Assembly (NCBI RefSeq): GCF_947568905.1
Contig: NC_079169.1
Coordinates: 31,000,001 to 31,064,000 of the forward strand
Length of the DNA: 64,000 nt
Direction: 5' to 3'
Origin: Ostrea edulis
Taxonomy: Eukaryota
The first letter of the stretch is position 1. Each line of letters opens with the position of its first letter. Both the position numbers and the translations under genes were made by a program. Below the pieces are notes generated by a model. The model was not told the DNA's origin, ran no database searches, and saw nothing but the letters and a program-made list of their open reading frames with translations. Below are positions 39,637 to 51,202 of the stretch, piece after piece.

Positions 39637-40184
39637 ACATGTGCCAGTAGTATATCAAAATGTACATGCATACATGTCTAAGTTTAATAAATGTATGCCC
39701 TGCACATACAGTGAATCCCTTGAGAGTTGTGTTCATATTTCTGCTTACAAGTTTTAAATGTATCGTACATTTTTTGTATCCTTTATGCAACATGTGCTGT
39801 CAATATTCAAAGGGATACATCATACAAGGATCTTGGTAGACATATCAACTTTTAAGTGTAAAAGCTATTTACCTTGAAAGGGTCAAAGTACAATATCTTT
39901 TTAAAAAAATCAATTTAAAAAGTTTAACACTTTATATAACCAACATCTATGCATTGTTACATGTATATTGTCAATACAGAAAATTTCATATCATGGATAT
40001 GCAATGTATTTCATCTGAAATTGATTGGCATTCTGGGCAGAAACTTAGGCAAAAAAACATGAAGAATCATTTGCAGACTCTAATCAAATCATGAATACAA
40101 AAAAGATTCTGTATAAAAAAATGAACTGTCTCGATAAATCATTTAGAAGAAACTTTTACACAAGTTTGCATATATGCTTCCACT

Positions 40185-43100
40185 TTACAGCAAGGATAAC
40201 AAGTATGGCATGAAAAATTTATCATAGAATACATCAAGCTTTGGAAGAAGAGAATTCTGGCAACATTCTACATCAATATGTACTTTCTGGATGAACAAAT
40301 CTTTGAAAGTGTATACAACAAAATAGCAAATTTGTTTTTTGGCAATAAGCATTTGGCCTTGTATTTGGAAAAAATATTTAGAGGTGGGTTTCAATTTCAT
40401 TTCACCAGTTACAGAGTCCATTGTTAGATATGGGAAGTACTTTCCAGGCTGAATCTTCTCAAAGCGACCAGCAAAGGGACATTTGACTTCAATTAGTGCA
40501 TCATTGCCAACGAGTCCATCCGGTGATGCCCCCAAGTAAGGTCGATCCATATCAACAAAGAAACCACATCTTTGAACACCTTGGCCAGTCTCTCTTTCAA
40601 AGGATCTGTAATGAGAGATAAAAATAGGAAAAGGCATATAATATATGTAAATAATAATTTACTGATTTGACCAATGCTTATATAGAGCGTTAAGATTTAC
40701 AAACCAGGTCTCTGCTGTACACGTGATTGTCTGACTAGCTCACACTAAAACATACCTAATAGCACGTGTCTCATAGGTACGTCCATGGACTAGAGCTTCA
40801 CTGCGAAATACAGCAGCAGAAGGCTGGTATAGAGACTCGCAGAGTTTCTGCCTATTACGTTTGTCTGTAGCTAAACAGATATCTCCAAATCTTGAGGCTG
40901 TGATCCGCCATGATCTCTCCTTGAACCAATTATTTGAGCTGGCTTGTCCACGTGTCTGCTCCTCAATGGCAACTACTTTATCTGCTGTAACCTTTAAGAA
41001 ATTGTATATAACAAAAACCATATATCTTGTACTGTGTTTTGTAGTATAAAATTGCATGGTATTAGTAATACATATGAACATGAGAAAAAATCCTTGCAAT
41101 CAATTTACATTGCACATTATATCTTATTTTAACACATATACAACATTTGCACAAATGTCATAAAATTTAATTTTGTTGAAATGCAGTTTGAGCCAATTAA
41201 CAAAAGACCTACCTCAACAGCTCGTTGAACCCAATACTCTGTGAAGGGTCTTTCCAAATAATCATGGTCCAATACTGCTGCCTAGTGAAACAAAAGGTGT
41301 TACAGTTTGTTTGTTATTAAACACTTTATTTTATATGTGCAGTTTTACCCTTCACTACTTACTGCTTTAGATTAACAGACTTATAATTTTAAAATCAACA
41401 TTTTATATGCATTACTAATATAGCTTGCTATAAGTTCACTAGCGAGATACTTTTGACTTGACGCTGCTTATAATTAGCGATGTACAGGGACATTAAGTGA
41501 GATTCTTGCTTGTGTGAGTAATGCATTTTCATGCTTATGTTTACCTGAATAAATGCTTTCTCGATGAGATATCTGTATGTCAGATTGTCTGAGGTCTCTG
41601 CACAATGGTTTAAGACCATATTGCGAACCCTATCCGGGTAACCAGCTACACCTTTTAGATGTTCAGGGCGGGGATCATTTAAAAAATCATCAGTCAGATT
41701 CTGCTTCCTGGGCAGATCTTCAGCTTTGACTGGTGAACCTATATCAAAATTTGAATATGTTAAACATGTGGAAAAAAATAAATTATTGTACTTGATTCAA
41801 TATATGGTCATAAAACTATTGCTTCTGTTCATCATGGAACATCACATAATATTCATGTATTTTTACCTGAGTATGAATGTTTGGGTTTATGAAATGTCTG
41901 CAGGTTTTCTGTGCATGATCTCTGAATCCTCAAACCTTTTCCTTCAGAACAAGAGAGTAAAACTATGGCAACAGCAGCAAGATGTTTGCAAGTTCCATGG
42001 GGACCTCGTCCTGCAGGACACTCACAATGGCTGTTCAAGATGTCTCCCGAGTTTTTGTCAAATTTTAATTTGAAGTTGTATGTTACCTTTAATTTGAAAT
42101 ACATACATGTATTCTGGGTAATATAATTTTTTTTAGTTATTTTTACAAAAATATCTCAGTACAAAGTAATAAAATAAGAGAAAATAACTGATAACATACA
42201 TGGTACATGTACAATTAGTACTACAATGTATATTATATCCACAAATTAAATGTAATACTTGCCTTTGTTTTCATGGCTGCGCCAACAATGCCTGTAAAGA
42301 ACAGGGAATTATCTTCCTTTAAATATGACACAGCCAAGACTCTATCACTTTCAACAAGCAGCCTTCCTTTCTCGATAGCCTTGACATCACCAGTGCTTTG
42401 TCTGTCACCTACACATAAGTACAAGCTCATGATTTTAAAATTTATTTACTCATAAACACATAATTATATATATGTACAAATTATTCTATAAGATATTGCA
42501 CATTCATTAAATGACTCCTAATGTTAGATGTATGTTTTACAAAAATGTTGTTCTTAATCATACAAGTAAATTATATGAACAAACCTGCTAATCTATGTAC
42601 AAAATACATGTCTATCTGCTCAATGCATATCTCTGGGATTTCTTCTTTATGTGATTCCTGGAGCTGTTGAAATCCCCTCGTTGGCCAATCAACTTCCAAA
42701 GGCTCAGGTATATGAATTGGGTCATTCTTGAAATCTTTATTTCTATCATATGCCTTAAGCCTACAATAAAGTACTGTACAATGTCCACTTCCCATAAAAA
42801 AAATATTAGGTACCAAGACGTACTAGTACATGTCAGTGAATGCCATTGTATCATGTATTACAATATTAACAACAGTCCGTATAGTACTATAATTATTACG
42901 TATAATTGATGACATAAATATAACTTATATCACATTAATTTATTGAATTTTGATAAAAGAATTGTCGCACTGAGCATCAAAACAATCTCTAGGCATAATC
43001 ATGCCGGCGTAAACATCCTCCGTCGTCTGCATGGGTGCAGAGCTACGAATTTGTTGAAATATTACAAACGAAAATAACGGCTATGAGGTATGAAACTACA

Positions 43101-43207
43101 AACCTGTCTATAAGGTCGGCTTTTCTGCCTCTCGTGGTGGCTCCTTTTTTCTTTAACTCGTCCTTGAGTCGAGAGACGGAAAACTTTACGTAAGTTTCTC
43201 TTTCCAT
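40185..43207 (-). CDS. SAP-SWIM-YqaJ (lambda-exonuclease-like) protein of ISL2EU, ~521 aa; exons 43207-43104, 42760-42585, 42408-42263, 42086-41867, 41738-41545, 41281-41213, 40991-40756, 40605-40185
   Basis: All eight exons splice in frame (1566 nt; one GC donor). SAP-like VSRLKDELKKKGATTRGRKADLIDRL; SWIM CECPAGRGPHGTCKH; YqaJ motifs EEQTRGQ..W.KER..RITASRFG, HG..YE, LGASPDGL, EVKCP and YFFQIQGQM. Confidence 0.88.
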
Positions 43208-43649
43208 TTCAGTGTTTACAAGCGTCTAAGTGAAATAAAGCGTTTTAACGTATCCCCCATAACGACATAATTTTTAGAACCGGTAACGGTCGTCGGCGAA
43301 TACCATTGCGCACGCATCCCGCCGGGTACGCCGATTGAGCCGTAAAATTTTGATATATTCAACCAATAGATTCAAGCTGATGTCATTGGAATTGAATCGA
43401 GCTTAGCCGGGTATACCCGACGACGTGCTAAGAATCAAGTGACCCAGCTACAGTACAGTAATGAAAATATTGACCTTCTATTGCAGATCTGTATAAACAT
43501 TATTCGGCATAGTAATAACCAACATATTTACAAATCATGTTTATTTCACCAGTGTAAAAAACATTATGTCTTTAAAATAAGCAACTCTCGACTACGGTTT
43601 CCATGGACGCCAGCTTGAAGCCGCCTTTGTCTATCATGGAGTCATGATG

Positions 43650-44010
43650 GATGTTAACAACAAACGAACAACGCTAGTTTATGGAAAACAGAACTACTTC
43701 AGCTTCTCCATCTTAACTTCCCATAATTTGTGTAGCAATAGTCTATTGATTCGATACGTGAGAATTTATAATCAGTTTTTAAACCTTGGCAGAATACCGA
43801 TAATAAACTTAATGTTACAATGTATTCACTTTTCTCTTTTAAACTCAGCATTACACAAATATTCTATGGTCGTTATCATAATCTTATTTGCAAATACAAC
43901 CTGTCATTAAGTTGGATACTCTCTGACGTGTTTCATACCAAATGCAAGGTCGTTCTTTACATACTGATTTTGACTACGGATTACTTTGTTTACCTAGTTA
44001 AGCTTGAGAG
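43650..44010 (+). mobile_element. Degenerate Penelope-like element 3' fragment
   Basis: Homologous to the reverse complement of 46200-46560 (cttcagcttctccatc, ttctatggtcgttat, ctgattttgactacggat). Confidence 0.65.
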
Positions 44011-44429
44011 TTCTCAGTGGGTGTGACCGGTGTAGCTAATCGCAGCTGGTGATTCATCTTTTCTAGCCAGGGATTCACGGTCCGCCCCGCTTCTCAACGA
44101 CCCTTGGCTGAGTTAGAACAATTTTCGTGTATAACAATTTCCTGCATATGATTGGATGCAGGCCAAGTCCTCTGCATTTAATCATGTTACACCACGTGCA
44201 AGACGATGAAATGTGTCAACAACTAGTCATTGTCTTTAAAACACTTCCATTTAATCAGATTTTCATAGTCTCCATGATTGAAAACCTCTCTGGAAAATAC
44301 ATAACATTAATACAACGTTCACGGAACCATATTTCATGAATATGGAAGGAACATTTCTATTATTGGCATACAACTCGTGATTAGACCATAGACATGAATG
44401 ACTAGTGCTTAGTGTCACTGGATAACTAT

Positions 44430-44930
44430 TATTTCTATAATTTATGTCTACATACAAGATGAATATGTCGACATGCAGGATAATTATGTCAACATGAAAC
44501 ATAACTATGTTGACATGCAAGAAAAATGTAATCAGATAAGAATTTGTATAATATTCGAAAATGATCAAATATCGCCCACATGTGAACTCCAACATGCTAG
44601 TCTTCATGCAACTCATTTATGTTGACATGCAAGATCATTATGATGCAAGATCATTATGCAGACATGTAATATATTTATATCCACGTGCAACTTGTTTATG
44701 TCAGCATGAAACTTATTTATATTGACATGCAACTTATCTATGACTTGACATGCAACTTATTTATGTTGACATGCAACTTAATTATGTTGACATCTGAGAT
44801 AAATATGCATGTCGACATATTTATATCGCATGTTGACATAAATAAGTTGCATGTCGACATATTTATCTCGCATGTCAACATACATGTAAATAAGTAGCAT
44901 GACAACATAAATAATTTAAAAAAAACAAAC
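44430..44930. repeat. Fold-back/MITE-like element built of atgttgacatgcaa subrepeats in both orientations
   Basis: Repeated tgttgacatgcaa and ttgcatgtcgacat motifs. Confidence 0.55.
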
Positions 44931-45087
44931 AAAGAAAACTTTAATGCAAACGAAGGTTTGCATATTAATATGATATAGTGTGGCCCTATAACTTTTGGAT
45001 TTTTAAAAAAAATTCCTACAAATACTTTGAGTCCCTATTTTAGTTCCAAGGGGGGGGGGTGATTTAATTAAATATGAATCTGCAGTG

Positions 45088-45527
45088 GTTGATTGATTGA
45101 TTGAATATTGTTTAACGTCCCTCTCGAGAATATTTCACTGTTATGGAGACGTCACCAATGCCGGTGAAAGGCTGCAAAATTTAGGCCTATGCTCGGCGCT
45201 TACGGCCTTTGAGCAGGGAGGGATCTTTATCGTGCCACACCAATCTGATTAAAATACAGATCTCTCAAATAGCGCACAGCGCAGAGATGTGCGCTATTTG
45301 AGAGATCTGTATTTTAATCAGATTGGTGCCACACCTACTGTGACACGGGACCTCGGTTTTCGCGGTCTCATCCGAAGAACCGCGCCATTTAGTCGCCTCT
45401 TACAATGGCCATAAGCGCTGAGCATAGGCCTAAATTTTGCAGCCCTTCACCGGCAGTGGCGACGTCTCCATATGAGCAAAAGATTCTTGAGAGGGATGTT
45501 AAACAATATTTAATCAATCAATCATAT
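45088..45527. mobile_element. Two family-B SINE 3' fragments in inverted orientation (45088-45404 minus; 45405-45527 plus)
   Basis: (gatt)n tail at the left end and (aatc)n tail at the right end; ~115-bp mutually complementary arms. Confidence 0.8.
45241..45325. mobile_element. 85-bp fold-back mini-element with 9-bp TSD GTGCCACAC
   Basis: caatctgattaaaatacagatctctcaaatagcgcac-loop-gtgcgctatttgagagatctgtattttaatcagattg; TSD at 45232-40 and 45326-34. Confidence 0.92.
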
Positions 45528-45851
45528 AAATACATTTGGGAGATTTTGCACATAAAATTGGGAAAATGGACGAGATTTTGTCAATGGGAGCGAATCCGAT
45601 ATTCAGTCTAACTTTGAGGGAAATAACGGCCCTGCAAGTCATTAGAGTTCTTGTTTTCTACTGTTTTAGAGATACAGGTCGGGGGCGTGGCTCAAGCTAT
45701 CCCTCTCACCTTGAACCCCGCCCTGTATCTCTGACATAGTAGAAAACCTAAAGTTATTCTCAATATCACATAAATTCACCTTGAGCCATTTCATGCTTAT
45801 ACCATTTCTCTGACCCTGACACGGGACAGTTGACAAGAAAACCTTATGTGC

Positions 45852-47986
45852 AACAAGAGGCCTTTGGGCCACATCGATCATCTTGGCCCATATCTAAAGA
45901 TTTTCCCCATACATATTCGTATGTAAAATTTTGATTCCTATTGTGACCCCCAACTTATCCGCGGGGGCCATGGTTTTTTTTATAAACTTGAATCTACACT
46001 AAAAAAGATGAAGATCACTAATAGTGATTAATCCCACAACTCCTATAAGCATTACAAAATAGATAGCTGGGCAAACAAGGACTCCTGGACACACCAGAGG
46101 TGGGATCAGGTGCCTAGGAGGCGCAAGTATCCCCTGTCGACCGGTCACACCGCCGTGAGCCCTACTTCTTGATCAGTTAAACAGAGTTATCCGTAGTCAA
46201 AATCAGTGTGCCAAGAACAGTCTAACAATCGGTATGAAACAAGTCAGACACCATTTGACCCAATGATAGGTTGTATTGGCAAAGTAGATCGTTATAATGA
46301 CCATAAAATTTGCAAAATGCCGACTTTAAACGAGACTGTTGAAACCCCTGTACCATCAACTTGTTTGTCAGTAGCTTGCCTTGATTCAAAAACTGACTAT
46401 ACGCAGAATGATTTAAGCTCTTGCGTATGGAATCAGTTGAGAGATATAAACACCATATGCAGGTGATAATGGAATATTGCTACATAAATAGGGCTAGAAG
46501 TTGACGATGGAGAAGCTGAAGTCATCCCGTTTGTCGTAAAGTTGAGCTGATTGTTTGCCGTTAATATCTACTTTCAATAAAATATCTAAAGTATGAAGCA
46601 GAAGTGGATGACTCTATGGTGTCTTTTATTTCGAGCTCACAGGGATATATCGAATTGAGATATGAATGAAAGTTATTATATTGTTAATTGATAAAACGTC
46701 ATCGACATATCTAAATGTTGTATTGAAGGCCACAGCAAGAGATTTTTTCTTCTCACGTAAAAGTTTTTGAATAAATTCTGCTTCATATGAACAGCTAACA
46801 AAGGCGCTCAGTTCATGCCCACAAGAATTGCAACAGACTATTGGAAGACCTGATCACCAAAAACCATGAAAACATTATAAATGAGTAACTCTAGCATATT
46901 TTTTATTTCAACTTCAGAGTACTTGTGGAATCAGAATGGTGTTTAACAAAGTAATATTTTTGGATGACTGTCTTGAATTGATCGTGAGGAATGGTCGTGT
47001 GAAGTGTTGAAAAATCATACATTTTGATGTTGTTGATTTGAGAAAAGTTTTGCGATTTCAAGTTTACTAACGCTTCTTTAGATTTTTTTAAAAATCCATA
47101 TTTGAGTTACACCACTTCTGGCATATCTAGTCGCACAGTACGTTTGAAGTTTCTCCTTCACAGCTGTTAATATTTTCAGAAAGCTTTAATGTAAATGTAA
47201 ACTTTTCTGGCCCTGTGGTTCTTGAGAAGAAGATTTTAAAAGATTTTCCCTAGATATTTGTATGTAAAACTTTGATCCCCTATTGTGGTGCCACCCTACC
47301 CATGAGGGCCATGATTTTTACAAACTTGAATCTGCACTATGTCAGGAAGCTTTCATGTAAATATAAACTTTTCTGGTTTGGTAAGAAGAAGATTTTCCAT
47401 ATATATTTGCATGTAAAACTTTGATCCCCTATTGTGGTGGCAACCTACCCCTGGGGACCATGGTTTTAACAAACTTGAATCTGCACTATGTCAGGAAGCT
47501 TTCATGTAAATGTAAATTTTTCTGGTTTGGTGGTTCATGAGAAGATCTAAAAAAAAGTTCCTATATATTTTATATGTAAAACTTTGATCCTCTATTGTGG
47601 CCCCATCCTATTGCCAGGGACCATGATCTGAACAAACTTGAATCTACTTTATACCAGGAAGCTTTCTGGTAAATCTTCACTCTTATGTCCAGATGGTTCT
47701 TGAGAAGAAGACTTTTAAAGATTTTCCCTATATATTCGCATTAAAATTTTCATCCCCTTTTGTGGCCCCATCCTACCCCCGGGGGTCATGATTTTGACAA
47801 ATTTGAATTTCCACTATGTCAAGAAGCTTTCATGTAAATTTCAACTTTTTTGGCCTAGTGGTTCTTGAAAAGATTTTTGAATGACCCCACCCTATTTTTG
47901 CACTTTTGTGATTATCTCCTCTTTGAAGGGGGCATGGTCCTTCATTTGAACAAATGTGAATCCCCTTCACCCAAGGATGATTTGCA

Positions 47987-48024
<38 letters not shown>

Positions 48025-48068
48025 TAAGTCGAAAGTATGAAAAGTTTACAGACAGATGGACAGACAGA
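45852..48068 (+). mobile_element. HINE with Cg170-like array (about 5-6 monomers), split by a Penelope-like insertion
   Basis: 5' aacaagaggcctttgggccacatcg; monomer broken at gaatctacact|...|tcagaaagcttt; 3' acagacagatggacagacag. Confidence 0.8.
46001..47175 (-). mobile_element. Degenerate Penelope-like retroelement fragment (RT C-terminal part plus 3' end)
   Basis: Minus-strand peptides IKMYDFSTLHTTIPHD, VDDVLSINN, SIYPCELEIKDT and LYDKRDDFSFSIVNF match Penelope/Neptune RT motifs. Confidence 0.8.
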
Positions 48069-48509
48069 GGCCTTTGATATTTTGGTATGTGGGTATACCA
48101 TGGTATGAGAGTGTGTCACATACCATTTTAATGACCTTTGATGTAAAGGTCAAATGACAGAGTTTTGGGGCATTTTTTTTTTTGTCTGGACCATAACTTT
48201 TTTGTCTTTTGCTTTTGATATGTTTATATTACCATCATTATGTTCACAACATATCACATGCTGGTTGAAGCACAAATACATATACATGTACTTAGGTGAA
48301 TCTTATGTATCATAACTCTTAATTTTCCACTTTAAAAGATCACATCTCTAAAAATGTTTTTAAAAAAACTATGGAAAATGGAAGGGGACACACCAGTTTC
48401 AGTGTTCCTAGTTTATATTATAGTTATAAACAAGAGAAAAATATAAATCATGCTAAATTAAACATTAATTCTGTTGGGGGAAATAAGATGGTCAATGAAG
48501 TGTTTGTAA

Positions 48510-50728
48510 ACAGTACCATCAGAATACACTCAGTACTTATTCTCAACAGTACCATCACAATACACTCAGTATTCATCTTAGAACAGTACCATCACAATAC
48601 ACTCAGTATTTATCCTAGAACAGTACCATCACAATACACTCAGTACTTATCTTGGAACAGTACCATCACAATCACACAGTACTTATCCTAGAACAGTACC
48701 ATCACAATACACTCAGTACTTATCTTGGAACAGTACCATCACAATACACTCAGTACTTATCCTAGAACATTCCCATCACAATATACTCAGTATTCATCTT
48801 AGAACAGTACCATTATAATACACTCAGTACTTATCTTAGAACAGTACCATTACAATACACTCAGTATTTATCTTAGAACAGTACCATTACAATACACTCA
48901 GTACTTATCTTAGAACAGTACCATCACAATACACTCAGTACTTATCCTAGAACAGTACCATCACAATACACTCAGTACTTATCCTAGAACAGTACCATCA
49001 CAATACACTCAGTACTTATCCTAGAACAGGACCATCACAATACACTCAGTACTTATCTTAGAACAGTACCATTACAATACACTCAGTACTTATCCTAGAA
49101 CAGTACCATCACAATACACTCAGTATTTATCCTAGAACAGTACCATTACAATACACTCAGTACTTATCCTAGAACAGTACCATCACAATACACTCAGTAC
49201 TTATCTTAGAACAGTACCATCACAATACACTCAGTACTTATCTTAGAACAGTATCATCACAATACACTCAGTACTTATCCTAGAACAGTACCATCACAAT
49301 ACACTCAGTACTTATCTTGGAACAGTACCATCACAATACACTCAGTACTTATCCTAGAACATTCCCATCACAATATACTCAGTATTCATCTTAGAACAGT
49401 ACCATTATAATACACTCAGTACTTATCTTAGAACAGTACCATTACAATACACTCAGTATTTATCTTAGAACAGTACCATTACAATACACTCAGTACTTAT
49501 CCTAGAACAGTACCATCACAATACACTCAGTACTTATCCTAGAACAGTACCATCACAATACACTCAGTACTTATCCTAGAACAGGACCATCACAATACAC
49601 TCAGTACTTATCTTAGAACAGTACCATTACAATACACTCAGTACTTATCCTAGAACAGTACCATCACAATACACTCAGTATTTATCCTAGAACAGTACCA
49701 TTACAATACACTCAGTACTTATCCTAGAACAGTACCATCACAATACACTCAGTACTTATCTTAGAACAGTACCATCACAATACACTCAGTACTTATCTTG
49801 GAACAGTATCATCACAATACACTCAGTACTTATCCTAGAACAGTACCATTACAATACACTCAGTACTTATCCTAGAACAGTACCATTGCAATACACTTAG
49901 TACTTATCTTAGAACAGTACCATCACAATACACTCAGTACTTATCTTAGAACAGTACGATTACAATACACTCAGTACTTATCCTAGAACAGTACCATCAC
50001 AATACACTCAGTATTTATCCTAGAACAGTACCATCACAATACACACAGTACTTATCTTAGAACAGTACCATCACAATACAATCAGTACTTATCCTAGAAC
50101 AGTACCATTACAATACACTCAGTACTTATCCTAGAACAGTACCATTACAATACACTCAGTACTTATCCTAGAACAGTACCATCACAATACACTCAGTACT
50201 TATCTTAGAACAGTACCATCACAATACGCTCAGTACTTATCTTAGAACAGTGCCATTATAATACATACAGTACTTATCCTAGAACAGTACCATTACAATA
50301 CACTCAGTACTTATCCTAGAACAGTACCATTACAATACACACAGTACTTATCCTAGAACAGTACCATCACAATACACTCAGTACTTATCTTAGAACAGTA
50401 CCATCACAATACACTCAGTACTTATCTTGGAACAGTACCATCACAATCACACAGTACTTATCTTAGAACAGTACCATCACAATCACACAGTACTTATCTT
50501 AGAACAGTTCCATTACAATACACTCAGTACTTATCTTGGAACAGTACCATCACAATCACACAGTACTTATCTTAGAACAGTACCATCACAATACACTCAG
50601 TACTTATCTTAGAACAGTACCATCACAATCACACAGTACTTATCTTAGAACAGTACCATCACAATACACTCAGTACTTATCTTAGAACAGTTCCATTACA
50701 ATATACTCAGTACTTATCCTAGAACAGT
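48510..50728. repeat. 37-bp minisatellite, ~60 copies
   Basis: Unit cagtaccatcacaatacactcagtacttatc(c/t)tagaa, with 36-bp variants (aatcacacag). Confidence 0.98.
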
Positions 50729-51100
50729 GTGCACTATTGTGGTCTCTGAAGAAACTGAAACATTGACAGAACACAAAATGGGGTTGAAGACATTTTTAAT
50801 AGTCCACAACTTGAATATAAAACAAAGGAAGACGACTGCAATCAATATGGATGCATAGCACATACTTAATGGCAAAACAAAATATCAACTAGTTATCATT
50901 AACACAACTGGGATGACTTGACAGAGAAATGGGTTCACAAGCTAAGCACCAATTATACATAACACAGACATGTATATTTCAATTCACAGCAAACAGGAAT
51001 TTTTTTCTGCAAAACGTTTGGCATAGACAAAATAAAGATTCTTTCATAAAAAAATATATAATTCAATCAGTACTAAAAAAAGGAATTATTGCCTGAAAAC

Positions 51101-51202
51101 TAATCTGATTAAAATTAGATCCTATGATCCACTCACGTAGATCACTATACTAGTATAGGAATCTACGTGAGCGGATCATAGGATCTGATTTTAACCAGAT
51201 TG
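51101..51202. mobile_element. 102-bp fold-back mini-element with 10-bp TSD GCCTGAAAAC
   Basis: taatctgattaaaattagatcctatgatcc...ggatcataggatctgattttaaccagattg; TSD at 51091-100 and 51203-12. Confidence 0.88.

Larger units (their letters stand above)
37270..43520. mobile_element. Autonomous ISL2EU (PIF/Harbinger-related) DNA transposon; exact termini unresolved
   Basis: Convergent THAP-DDE_Tnp_4 transposase and YqaJ exonuclease genes, the known ISL2EU arrangement. Degenerate inverted homology between the ends is clearest at 37484-37572 versus 43210-43300. Confidence 0.8.

Noticed and set aside
37255-43623. GGCTTCAA...TTGAAGCC as the ISL2EU termini
   Set aside because: Only 8 bp match and the flanks (TA versus GC) give no target-site duplication.
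46000-46260. Hammerhead ribozyme expected in Penelope-like termini; also CTGACGAG...GAAA at ~54080
   Set aside because: No CUGANGA/GAAA core with pairing stems was found in the Penelope end. The 54080 match lacks stem II and lies in a KCNT exon.
3748-50728. 33-bp and 37-bp arrays as CRISPR arrays
   Set aside because: Head-to-tail units with no unique spacers, no cas genes, and a eukaryotic context.
50716-50754. Possible alternative terminal exon (ttcag|..SSETTIVHTVLG*) whose stop lies in the first 37-bp unit
   Set aside because: The acceptor and peptide look plausible, but I found no convincing upstream donor or homology; it would need RNA evidence.
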